Positions 1-8,611 of a DNA stretch of 64,000 bases are shown in pieces. Within the stretch, counting starts at the first letter, position 1. The number at the start of each line of letters is the position of its first letter. The stretch spans positions 224,001 through 288,000 of the forward strand of contig JBNRMN010000033.1 of the NCBI GenBank assembly GCA_050309605.1, written 5' to 3'. A program made the position numbers and the translations under genes. Origin of the DNA: Anaerohalosphaeraceae bacterium (GTDB taxonomy: Bacteria; Planctomycetota; Phycisphaerae; Sedimentisphaerales; Anaerohalosphaeraceae). Below the pieces are notes generated by a model. The model saw nothing but the letters and a program-made list of their open reading frames with translations, ran no database searches and was not told where the DNA came from.

Positions 1-1684
1 GCATGGTCATAATGATAATCCACTTTCCGGCGGTTGTCAAAGTCGGCGTCACGCCGGTGGAAAGTCCGACCGTGCCCATGGCTGAGGTGGCCTCAAAGGC
101 CAAATCCACCAGCGTCCAGTCACTGTGTCGTTCAGTCAGGCACAATCCGAGCACAGCGGTCAGCAGGATTATCATAAAGAGCACCGCCACGGCAATTGCG
201 CGGCCGACGACCACCAGCCGCACCGACCGTTTGAACAATTCCACTTCCCGCCGTTTTCGCAGGGTGGCATATACGGCCATGATAATCAGTGCAAAGGTCA
301 CGGTTTTGATGCCGCCGGCCGGTGAGCCGGGCGAACCGCCGATGAACATCAGCAGCATCAGCGTCAGTTTGGAGGGTTCCGAGAGATATTCAATCGGAAC
401 GGTGTTGAACCCGGCGGTACGGGCGGTAATCGACTGAAACAGCGCCGTCAGAAATCGTCCATCCGCCTGAGGGCGGGGCGAATAATGTTCCAACAGCATC
501 AGCAGGGCCGTGCCGCCGATAATCAATGCGGCGGTGGCGGTCAAGACAATTTTGCTTTGCAGTCCGAGCCGCTTGGAAATGCCCAACTGAAAAAATTCTT
601 CCGGGCAACTGTGTCGGCGGACCAGCCGCCGAATGCGATCCACACAAACGCTTGTGATGTTATACAAGACGCCGAAGCCCAATCCGCCGATGACAATCAG
701 CGGGCAAAACACCAGATAGACTCCCCAACTTCCGTGGAAATCCATCAGGCTGCGTTGATTCAGGCTGAATCCGGCGTTGCAGAAGGCGCTGACGGCGTGA
801 AAGATGCTGAAGAACCACTGTTGGTCCGTGGTGGCGACCGTGCCGGGGACTTGAGACCACATCGGATACATCAGCACCGCCCCAACGGCTTCAATCAGCA
901 GGGTGCCGCCGAAGATAAAGGCGATCATCGCACCGATGCGATTGAGCGTGGCGGCGCTGAGCAAGTCCTGCATGGCCACAGCTTCTTTGATGCTGAGTGC
1001 CTGGCCGAGCAACAGGGCCAGTACGCCGCCGAAGATGACAATGCCCAGTCCGCCCAACTGAATCAGGACCAGGATGACGATTTGTCCCATCCGGGTAAAA
1101 TCGCCGCCGGTATCCCGTACGATCAGTCCGGTGACGCAGGTGGCACTGGTGGCGGTAAAAACGGCGTCGGTCAAGCTCAGCGGTTCGTCGCGGTCGGCCT
1201 GGGCTTTGGGCAGCATCAACAGTCCCGCCCCGGCCAAAATCAGAATCACAAAAATACTGATCAGGGTACGGGTGGGATTCAGCCCTGACGCGGCCAGAAC
1301 CACCATGCTCAGACAGACTTTGCTGATGACCTGCAGGACCAGATACGCACTGACGGCGACCAGGATGGCCTCGTTACGATGGGCGATGGCAAACCAGCGT
1401 CCCGCCCCGACGGCCACCACGAACAGGGTCAACAGCAGCGGCGCCTCAAACCAGTTGCTGCGAAGAAACTGCCGTTTGTCCTCTACATTAAAAAAACGTA
1501 CCGCCTTTTCCCAGAGGAAAACAAAGAGCACCCCCATCTGGATGGTGTGCAGCAGCGTCTCCGAGAGAACGGGACGGTCAAATCCGTAGAGCATCACAAA
1601 GGTCAAACCGACCGTCAAGACCGCCGCGATGGTGACGGCAATGACGATAGACTCCAGCGTCGAATTTTTGTAGTGCAGCTTCAT
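1..1684 (-). CDS. TrkH/KtrB-family potassium uptake membrane protein (3' end truncated by window edge)
   Basis: Absent from the ORF track because it is open-ended. Manual translation from ATG at 1684 gives MKLHYKNSTLES...AVFTATSATCVTGL...IQLGGLG...FHAVSAFCNAGFSL, typical Trk/Ktr pore-loop motifs. Position 1 is still in frame. Confidence 0.9.
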   Translation of the reverse strand, partial: MKLHYKNSTLESIVIAVTIAAVLTVGLTFVMLYGFDRPVLSETLLHTIQMGVLFVFLWEKAVRFFNVEDKRQFLRSNWFEAPLLLTLFVVAVGAGRWFAIAHRNEAILVAVSAYLVLQVISKVCLSMVVLAASGLNPTRTLISIFVILILAGAGLLMLPKAQADRDEPLSLTDAVFTATSATCVTGLIVRDTGGDFTRMGQIVILVLIQLGGLGIVIFGGVLALLLGQALSIKEAVAMQDLLSAATLNRIGAMIAFIFGGTLLIEAVGAVLMYPMWSQVPGTVATTDQQWFFSIFHAVSAFCNAGFSLNQRSLMDFHGSWGVYLVFCPLIVIGGLGFGVLYNITSVCVDRIRRLVRRHSCPEEFFQLGISKRLGLQSKIVLTATAALIIGGTALLMLLEHYSPRPQADGRFLTALFQSITARTAGFNTVPIEYLSEPSKLTLMLLMFIGGSPGSPAGGIKTVTFALIIMAVYATLRKRREVELFKRSVRLVVVGRAIAVAVLFMIILLTAVLGLCLTERHSDWTLVDLAFEATSAMGTVGLSTGVTPTLTTAGKWIIIMTM

Positions 1685-1850
1685 ATAAAAAACGTGGCTA
1701 TGTTTTACCGCCTTGTCCGTTTGAATTCCAGCTCTTTTTTTATGTTATCCGAGGTTGCGACGCAGTGAATTTACGCGACCGAACCGCAGCCAGGTCGGCG
1801 ATTCATACGCCGTCCCACTTGTTATGAAGTGGTTGCGATCAGAAGTATAT

Positions 1851-2116
1851 TGTGGATAAGTTGTGAATAAACTGAGGGTTGTCCACACGAAACGAAATGA
1901 AACGTCCGTTCCGGAAGAAACAAGACAGTTTCGAAATGCAAAAAACGCTTTCTTAAAGGCCAATAACCGACCTGTCTTGTTGTTACTCCTTTACCTGTAA
2001 TAAGTTATGGATATGTCGCAAAAAAGAGGTCAACCTATATCTACTGAGCGGGACTATTTAGGGATTATTTAAGTCTTATATTTTATTCATATGACATTGG
2101 GCTGGAATGTGGATTG
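1851..2116. promoter_or_regulatory. DnaA-box cluster with AT-rich tract; candidate replication origin
   Basis: TGTGGATAA 1851-1859 and TGTGAATAA 1862-1870 are perfect TTATNCACA on the minus strand. TTGTCCACA 1879-1887 and TTATTCATA near 2083-2091 each have one mismatch. TGTGGATTG 2108-2116 is degenerate. AT-rich tract about 2055-2095. Confidence 0.6.
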
Positions 2117-2138
2117 GTGGTTGAAAACCCCTGATACT

Positions 2139-3188
2139 CTACGAACGGAGTAGGATAGTCTTGAGTTGACGGCATTGTTTTTCTGGATTATCTAATATCG
2201 CCGAGGCCACAGCCACGGCTCGAATCCCCGTTTCCAGTACAGTGGGCAGGTTTTGAGCATTGATGCCGCCGATGGCCACGGGTCGGATAGAGGTGGATGC
2301 CAATTGCTGGACGGCCTGTCGGATGTAGTCCAGTCCTGCCGGCGCAAGGCCGGGTTTGGTCGGGCTGGCAAAGGCCGGGCCAACGCCCACGTAATCATAG
2401 CCTGCGGCGACGGCTTCGTTCAGTTCCTTGATCGCGTGGGTGCTGCCGCCGATGAGCATCGGCCTTTTCAGCAGCGTTCGGGCGGATTTTGGCAACATAT
2501 CGTCCTGTCCGAGATGGACACCGTCGGCCTGCGCCAAGGCCGCAATGTCGGGGCGATCGTTGATGATCCCCAGTGCTCCGTCGGTTCTGCATACCTCCAT
2601 AAACATCTCGGCCAGCGACAAAAAACGGCGGTCGGACAGGTCTTTTGCGCGAAGCTGGAGGGTGTCGGCGCCGCCGGCAATGCAGCGTCGGGCCAGTTGC
2701 CGTGCTGCGGTGTCAGTCGTTTTCGGATCGACGTTAATCAGCACATATAAGCTAATACGTTCGAGTTTATCCAGTTTATATACGGCCTCAAAGACCTTTT
2801 TTTCGAGGTCATACACCCCAAACCGAAGCCGCTCACAGACCGCCGCAACCTCGGCATCCAGCGTCCGGGTCATCTCGGCCAGGACGCGCAGGGCCTCGGT
2901 GGCGCGTTTGGCTGCGGCGGTAAAGCAATCGGCCAGGCTCGTCCGCGAAAGCTGTCCTTCGACGCTCAGTTCGCGTCCCACATCGCCGGCTACATCCCGC
3001 GCGGTCAGCAGGTTCTCCGCATCCAGCCGGGCAATGGCTCCGCACAATTGATGCCGCATTTGTTTGGCCCTGGCGCTGAGGGTTTTATCATCCAGCAGAA
3101 AACGGCAGTACTCCTCCATTCCCCGCAGCGCTTCCCGCGCCCGGTTAAAGTTGGCGTCAATAATTCGATAAAGACTTGTATCGCTCAT
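2139..3188 (-). CDS. thiE: Thiamine-phosphate synthase with N-terminal extension
   Basis: N-terminal RIIDANFNRAREALR extension, then TMP-TenI motifs QLRAK, IINDRPD, DGVHLGQDD, GGSTH, SPTKP, AIGGI. Confidence 0.93.
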   Translation of the reverse strand: MSDTSLYRIIDANFNRAREALRGMEEYCRFLLDDKTLSARAKQMRHQLCGAIARLDAENLLTARDVAGDVGRELSVEGQLSRTSLADCFTAAAKRATEALRVLAEMTRTLDAEVAAVCERLRFGVYDLEKKVFEAVYKLDKLERISLYVLINVDPKTTDTAARQLARRCIAGGADTLQLRAKDLSDRRFLSLAEMFMEVCRTDGALGIINDRPDIAALAQADGVHLGQDDMLPKSARTLLKRPMLIGGSTHAIKELNEAVAAGYDYVGVGPAFASPTKPGLAPAGLDYIRQAVQQLASTSIRPVAIGGINAQNLPTVLETGIRAVAVASAILDNPEKQCRQLKTILLRS

Positions 3189-3233
3189 GGCATTCGCCTG
3201 AATAAACCGACATCAATTCACTGGACGCAACGC

Positions 3234-3262
3234 ATTATACCCGCGCGGCGTGACATTGCCAA
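3234..3262 (-). promoter_or_regulatory. Sigma70-type promoter of thiE
   Basis: Minus strand TTGGCA (3262-3257), 17-bp spacer, TATAAT (3239-3234). Confidence 0.65.
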
Positions 3263-3309
3263 GCGCCGTAATGCCGTCAGAGCGGAGGTGAGAATGCGGC
3301 GTTACCGGT

Positions 3310-4509
3310 TTACTCCAGTGCGAGGATAAAGGGGTTTTCGAGGATTTCGACGACGCGGCGTAAAAAGCGGACGCCGTCGGCGCCGTCGATGATGCGATGG
3401 TCATAAGACAGCGATAATGGTACAATCAGCCGCGGCTGAAGTGTCTGGTCGATATAGACCGGTCGGCGGGTTGCGCGGGCAATGCCGAGGATCGCCGCCT
3501 GGGGCCAATAGATGATCGGTGCAAAGGCGCCGCCGCCCAGACCGCCGAGATTGCTGACGGTGAAATTACCGCCGACCATCTCTTCGGGTGCGACCTTGTG
3601 CTGTTTGGTGCGTTCGGCCAGCGAGGTCAATTCGACCGCGATCTGCAGAAGGCTTTTTTTGTCCACGTCGCGCAGCACCGGCACCAGCAGTCCGCGGTCG
3701 GTATCCACCGCAACGGACAAGTGGCAGTATTGCTTGTAAATGATTTCATTGGTCTGCGGATCGAACGAGGCGTTGAATTGCGCAAAGTCTTTCAAGGCCA
3801 GTGCTACGGCCTTGAGGGCAAGGGCGGTCAGCGTCAGTTTGCCGCCGGCGTCTTTGACCCGCTGGGCGCCGGCCTTGCGTAATTCTTCGAGCGTCGTGAT
3901 GTCGGCGTGGTCATATTGGGTCACCTGCGGGACCGTCGCCCAGGTATAACTGAGTGTGGCGGCGATTTTTTTCCGCGTTGTGGTAACGGCCTTGCGTTCA
4001 ATCGGCCCCCAGACGGAAAAATCGGGCAACGATTTGTCGGCCGGCGCCGCGGCGGGCGGCGGTGACAGCTCACGTTGCGAAGGTCGGTCGTCGGGCACTG
4101 CGCCTGCCGCTTTCGCCCCGTCAGGTTCCGAGGCTTCGGATTCCTGACGCACAGAGGCCGCCGCAGGCGCAGCTCCGACTTCCTTTGGCATAACAGCCGA
4201 ATTCTCCCCTTCGGACTGAGTTGTATCGGGCTGCCGGGGTCCGGGCCGGCCCGTGGGTGTTGTTTCTTCAATTTCCGTTTCCACCTTCATCAGAAGTTGG
4301 CCGACGTTGACGGTTTGTCCCGGTTCGATATGGAGTTCAATCACTTTGCCTTTGACAGGGGACGGCACGTCAAATGTTGCCTTTTCCGTTTCAAGCTGAA
4401 CCAGCGGTTCTTCCACATCAATGACATCGCCGACCTTGACGAAGATTTCGATTACGTCGCCGGATTCAACCGTTTCCGATATTTCAGGGAGCGTGATTTC
4501 TTTGATCAT
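3310..4509 (-). CDS. aceF: Pyruvate dehydrogenase E2, dihydrolipoyl acetyltransferase (one lipoyl domain, degenerate subunit-binding domain)
   Basis: Lipoyl domain with LETEKA, Pro/Ala linker, catalytic domain with SNLGG and SYDHRIIDG; directly downstream of E1. Confidence 0.9.
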   Translation of the reverse strand: MIKEITLPEISETVESGDVIEIFVKVGDVIDVEEPLVQLETEKATFDVPSPVKGKVIELHIEPGQTVNVGQLLMKVETEIEETTPTGRPGPRQPDTTQSEGENSAVMPKEVGAAPAAASVRQESEASEPDGAKAAGAVPDDRPSQRELSPPPAAAPADKSLPDFSVWGPIERKAVTTTRKKIAATLSYTWATVPQVTQYDHADITTLEELRKAGAQRVKDAGGKLTLTALALKAVALALKDFAQFNASFDPQTNEIIYKQYCHLSVAVDTDRGLLVPVLRDVDKKSLLQIAVELTSLAERTKQHKVAPEEMVGGNFTVSNLGGLGGGAFAPIIYWPQAAILGIARATRRPVYIDQTLQPRLIVPLSLSYDHRIIDGADGVRFLRRVVEILENPFILALE

Positions 4510-4539
4510 TTGACATACCTCTTCTGTTTGTTTTTCCGC

Positions 4540-7062
4540 TTACACGGAAAGGGGGTTGGGTTTTTCGGGATCGATTTTCAGTTCCTGTATCGCGCGCTGG
4601 ACCAGGTCCAGTTGGATTTTACCTTCCTGGCTCAGTCCGACCAGGGCCGCCAGTGCAATGTATCGTGCGTCCACTTCGAAATAATCGCGCAGTTCGGCGC
4701 GTCCGTCGCTTCGACCGAACCCGTCGGCGCCCAGCGGCATCAGTCGTCCCGGCAGCCAGCGGGCAATCGAACAGGGCAGCGTCTTGAGGTAATCGGTGGC
4801 CGCGACAAACACGCCCTGCGTGTTCTCGAAGCAGCGTTCAATATAGCAGCGTCGCGTTTCGGACGGATGCAGCATATTCCATCGGGCTGCGGCTGCGGCG
4901 TCTTCATATAAGGCTTTGTAGCTGGTAACGCTCCAGACCTCCGCAGCCACTTCATAGCGCGACTCAAGCAGCTCTTTGGCCTTGACGGCCTCGTTGAGGA
5001 TGGCGCCGCTTCCGAGCAGGATCGCTTTGGGTGCATTGTTGTTCAGGCCGGCGGACTGATACCGATACATTCCCTTAAGAATTCCCTCTTCAACGCCGTC
5101 GGGCATCGGCGGCATCCGATAAAACTCATTGAGCATCGACACATAGTAAAACACGTTTTCCTGTTTCACATACATCCGGTGCAGACCGTCGCGTATAATG
5201 ACCGCCAGTTCATAGGCAAAGGCCGGATCGTAGGCTTTCAGGTTCGGGACGGCATAATAAAAATGATGGCTGTGGCCGTCCTGATGCTGCAAGCCCTCGC
5301 CGGCCAGGGTGGTTCGCCCGGAGATGCCGCCGATCAGAAAGCCGCGCGCCATGACATCGGCCGCGGCCCAGATCAAATCCATCATCCGATGCGCTCCAAA
5401 CAGTGAATAGAAGAAGTAAAACGGGATGATGTTCAGGTCGTGCGACGCATAGGCCGTGCCGGCGGCGATAAAGGAGGCCATCGAGCCGGCCTCGGTAATG
5501 CCTTCTTCAAGAATCGCTCCGTCTTTCTGTTCGTTGTAAAACAGCAGGGTGTCTTTGTCCACCGGTTCGTATCGCTGGCCGGACGGGCAGTAAATGCCGG
5601 CCTGTCGAAACAGCGCTTCCATGCCGAAGGTACGTGCCTCGTCGGGAACAATCGGAACGATGAGCTTGCCGATCTGCTTGTCGTTGAGCAGCTTGGCCAG
5701 CAGGCGAACGACGACCATGGTACTGGCTACTTCGCGGTCGCCGCTGCCTTTAAGAAACTCGTCGAACAACTCATCCGGCGGCATCTGCAGCGGTTTGACG
5801 ATGACCGTGCGGCGCGGCACGTATCCGCCGAGCTGTTTGCGTTGTTCCTGAAGATAGCGGATTTCCTTTGTGTCCGGGTTGGGTCGATAGAACGGCGCTT
5901 CCTGTACCTCCCCGTCCGGGATGGGGATGCCGAAGCGGCTTCGAAATTCGACCAGTTCTTCTTCGTTGAGTTTTTTCTGTTGATGGGTGATGTTGCGTCC
6001 CTCGGCCGCTTCGCCCAGTCCATAGCCTTTGATGGTCTGGGCGAGGATGACGGTCGGTTGTCCGGTATGCTCGATCGCCGCTTTGTAGGCGGCATAGACC
6101 TTCAGCGGATCATGGCCGCCCCGACTGAGCCGACGAAGTTGTTCATCGGACAGGTTGCTGACCATTTCCAGCAGTTTGGGGTCCGTGCCGAAAAAGTCTT
6201 TTCGGATAAAGTCACCGTCGGAGACGGCGTATTTCTGAAATTGTCCGTCGGGGACTTGCTCGGCTCGTTTGGCCAGTCGTCCTTCGGTGTCTTTGGCAAA
6301 CAGGGCGTCCCAGTCCGATCCCCATATCACTTTGATGACATTCCAGCCTGCGCCGTGAAAAATCGATTCCAGTTCCTGTATAATTTTTCCGTTTCCGCGT
6401 ACCGGTCCGTCCAGCCGCTGCAGGTTGCAGTTGACGACGAAAATCAGATTGTCCAGTTTTTCGCGTCCGGCGATGGACAGCGCGCCGAGACTTTCCGGTT
6501 CGTCCATCTCGCCGTCGCCCAGAAACGCCCAGACCTTGCGATCGCTCGGTGCGGCCAATTGCCGGTTTTCCAGATAGCGGTTGAACCGGGCCTGATAGAT
6601 TGCCATCAGAGGCGACAGCCCCATCGACACGGTGGGATACTGCCAGAACTCCGGCATAAGCCGCGGGTGCGGATAGGACGGCAGCCCGCCTTCGGACGCC
6701 AGCTCCGAGCGAAAGTTTTCCATATCAAATCCGCTGAGACGGCTTTCCAAAAACGCGCGGGCGTAAATTCCCGGAGCGGCGTGTCCCTGAAAATAGAGGA
6801 TATCGCCTTTTTGCTCGGGCGTGTCGGCTCGGAAGAAATGGTTAAACCCCACCTCCATCAAGGTCGCTGCGGATGCGTATGTCGAGATATGTCCGCCCAG
6901 TCCCGGTTTGTGGCGATTGGCGCGGATGACCATCGCCATCGCGTTCCAGCGGACAAGGCTTTTGATCCGCCGTTCGATTTCGCGCCGTCCCGGATAGGGC
7001 GGCTGCCGGTCGGCGGGTATCGTATTTACATAGGGTGTTGTTCCGTTCATCTGCGTTCTCAT
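4540..7062 (-). CDS. aceE: Pyruvate dehydrogenase E1, homodimeric AceE type (N-terminally short)
   Basis: GGHISTYAS, YFQGHAAPG, ThDP motif GDGEMDEPES...NCN, LQRLDGPV, PDEARTFG, GRTTLAGEGLQHQDG. Confidence 0.95.
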   Translation of the reverse strand: MRTQMNGTTPYVNTIPADRQPPYPGRREIERRIKSLVRWNAMAMVIRANRHKPGLGGHISTYASAATLMEVGFNHFFRADTPEQKGDILYFQGHAAPGIYARAFLESRLSGFDMENFRSELASEGGLPSYPHPRLMPEFWQYPTVSMGLSPLMAIYQARFNRYLENRQLAAPSDRKVWAFLGDGEMDEPESLGALSIAGREKLDNLIFVVNCNLQRLDGPVRGNGKIIQELESIFHGAGWNVIKVIWGSDWDALFAKDTEGRLAKRAEQVPDGQFQKYAVSDGDFIRKDFFGTDPKLLEMVSNLSDEQLRRLSRGGHDPLKVYAAYKAAIEHTGQPTVILAQTIKGYGLGEAAEGRNITHQQKKLNEEELVEFRSRFGIPIPDGEVQEAPFYRPNPDTKEIRYLQEQRKQLGGYVPRRTVIVKPLQMPPDELFDEFLKGSGDREVASTMVVVRLLAKLLNDKQIGKLIVPIVPDEARTFGMEALFRQAGIYCPSGQRYEPVDKDTLLFYNEQKDGAILEEGITEAGSMASFIAAGTAYASHDLNIIPFYFFYSLFGAHRMMDLIWAAADVMARGFLIGGISGRTTLAGEGLQHQDGHSHHFYYAVPNLKAYDPAFAYELAVIIRDGLHRMYVKQENVFYYVSMLNEFYRMPPMPDGVEEGILKGMYRYQSAGLNNNAPKAILLGSGAILNEAVKAKELLESRYEVAAEVWSVTSYKALYEDAAAAARWNMLHPSETRRCYIERCFENTQGVFVAATDYLKTLPCSIARWLPGRLMPLGADGFGRSDGRAELRDYFEVDARYIALAALVGLSQEGKIQLDLVQRAIQELKIDPEKPNPLSV

Positions 7063-7073
7063 CAGTCGTTAGC

Positions 7074-7295
7074 TCAGGTTTTGCGTGAAGCGCAATAATA
7101 CATTCCCGACAGGCCGCACTGTTCCCACAGCGGGCACTCCGGACAATTGCAGCCGCGTTTTTCGATGGGCTGTTTGGCGGGGCCGCGGGCACAATACAGC
7201 CCTTCTTTGGAGCCTTTGGGGTAGCTCGGACAGGTCGAGCAGTTGCCCTGCATACAGACGGCAAAATGTTCACGGGTATCTTCAACTTTGGCCAT
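7074..7295 (-). CDS. Small Cys-rich protein, DUF2769-like
   Basis: 73 aa with CSTCPSY...LYCARG...GCNCPECPLW...YYC; sits tightly between the encapsulin and aceE on the same strand. Confidence 0.75.
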   Translation of the reverse strand: MAKVEDTREHFAVCMQGNCSTCPSYPKGSKEGLYCARGPAKQPIEKRGCNCPECPLWEQCGLSGMYYCASRKT

Positions 7296-7349
7296 AACAG
7301 CTTATTTCCCGAGCGGTCCTTTTCGGCCGCAACAAGTCAATTCATTGAT

Positions 7350-8165
7350 TTATTTTTTCAATACACATATCGCTTCGGGCTGATTGAGGCAAAGAGCGAT
7401 GCTTTCCGATACCATAAATTCATAGGTATTGCCGGTCGGTCCAATGAAGCTTGTCACCAGATCCCGTCCGAGGACAATGCTTGTGCATTGCCCGCAACTG
7501 CAAAGCAGCACGCCTCCGGATGAGATACCCGGCGCCTTGACGATGCTGTCGGTTATCATTTGCCCGATGTGTTCCAGTTCGGTTTGATTGCCCTGAGGAT
7601 ACCGCCGAAACAGGAAATTATACAGATCGGGCGACAGGGCGAGGGTATACGGTCCGGGAAAGCCCGCCTTGTCCATCGCGGTTATTGCGCGGATCATATC
7701 CTCGGCTGCGGTTCCGACGTTGTCCCAGGAACTGAGTTTGATCGAATGACCGCCGGAGGCGGTAGTCAGGCCTTCCAGTCCGAGCGATTTGGCGCCGTTG
7801 AATAGCAGGGCATCTTCCTGTCGGGCGCAATCAATTGCCGCGGCGGCGGCTCGCCCCAAATCAATGGGCATACCACATTCTTCAAATGCGGCTACGTCGC
7901 GAATGGGCAGAGAAAACTTACTGTAAATCATCACCAGCGGCATCACGCATGGGGCGGTCATCTTGGCGCTGCCGACGGTTTTTTCGTCGAGGGGTTTGTC
8001 TTGGGAAGGATAATCCCGCATGCCCAGTCCAAACGGCCCCTGTGTCGGCAACATCCGCCGCGCGGTCATTTGACTCTTGGCCGCTGCGACGACGGTTTCG
8101 TCAATCTTTGCCCATAATTTTTCGCCGAAGGGCGCATCATTGCGATGTAAAAATCGTTCTGTCAT
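7350..8165 (-). CDS. Family 1 encapsulin nanocompartment shell protein
   Basis: 271 aa; FLHRNDAPFGEKLWAKID...ARRMLPTQGPFG, A(R)QEDALLFNG, GFPGPYTLALSPDLY, C-terminal PEAICVL; ferritin-like gene with a GSL tail immediately upstream. Confidence 0.93.
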   Translation of the reverse strand: MTERFLHRNDAPFGEKLWAKIDETVVAAAKSQMTARRMLPTQGPFGLGMRDYPSQDKPLDEKTVGSAKMTAPCVMPLVMIYSKFSLPIRDVAAFEECGMPIDLGRAAAAAIDCARQEDALLFNGAKSLGLEGLTTASGGHSIKLSSWDNVGTAAEDMIRAITAMDKAGFPGPYTLALSPDLYNFLFRRYPQGNQTELEHIGQMITDSIVKAPGISSGGVLLCSCGQCTSIVLGRDLVTSFIGPTGNTYEFMVSESIALCLNQPEAICVLKK

Positions 8166-8216
8166 AGATGCTCTCCATCATCTTTCATTTATCCTTTTGT
8201 TGATGCTGTTGCCGAG

Positions 8217-8585
8217 TTACGGCTTCAAGCTGCCCGGCGTTGCGATGGACGGTTTCGGCGGCGGTTCATTTGCATCGGAAGGCGAATCGATCTCGGCGGC
8301 CATCTCATCGACTTCCTCGGCGCCTTTGTCCAGATAATGCGCTTCATCCTTCAGCAATATCGCCAGCAAACGCTGGAATTCGCCGACATGAACACGTTCT
8401 TCATTGGCAATATCGAGAAGCACTTTTTTGGCCAACTCATTGTCGGTGGCCTCGGCGTGTGCTTCGTAAAGGGAGACCGCCTCTTCTTCGGCGGCCAGGT
8501 CGAGCCGCAGGGCACGAGCCAGTTCCGCATCGCTCATCTTGCGTCCCGGTACGACTCCGCTGAATGGATTGGTGAATTCCGGCAT
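8217..8585 (-). CDS. Encapsulin-associated ferritin-like cargo protein
   Basis: ELARALRLDLAAEEEAVSLY...IANEERVHVGEF ferroxidase-type half-bundle; acidic/Pro linker ending ATPGSLKP, resembling a cargo-loading peptide. Confidence 0.88.
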   Translation of the reverse strand: MPEFTNPFSGVVPGRKMSDAELARALRLDLAAEEEAVSLYEAHAEATDNELAKKVLLDIANEERVHVGEFQRLLAILLKDEAHYLDKGAEEVDEMAAEIDSPSDANEPPPKPSIATPGSLKP

Positions 8586-8611
8586 TTCAACATGTCTCCG
8601 TCAAGCTCGAT

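Noticed and set aside
3..1768. Several + strand ORFs of 66-267 aa
   Set aside because: Antisense shadows of the minus-strand TrkH/KtrB gene; no motifs.
3189..3309. TPP riboswitch upstream of thiE
   Set aside because: No CUGAGA-containing aptamer on the minus strand; the promoter leaves only about 40 nt of leader.
5440..7098. 552-aa + strand ORF, and similar long antisense ORFs opposite the kinase, clpX, activase and aas
   Set aside because: Opposite-strand shadows of well-supported genes in GC-rich DNA.
7350..8165. Encapsulin read as a phage capsid belonging with the portal gene
   Set aside because: It has family 1 encapsulin motifs and a cargo gene, lies 55 kb from the portal, and encapsulins do not use portals.
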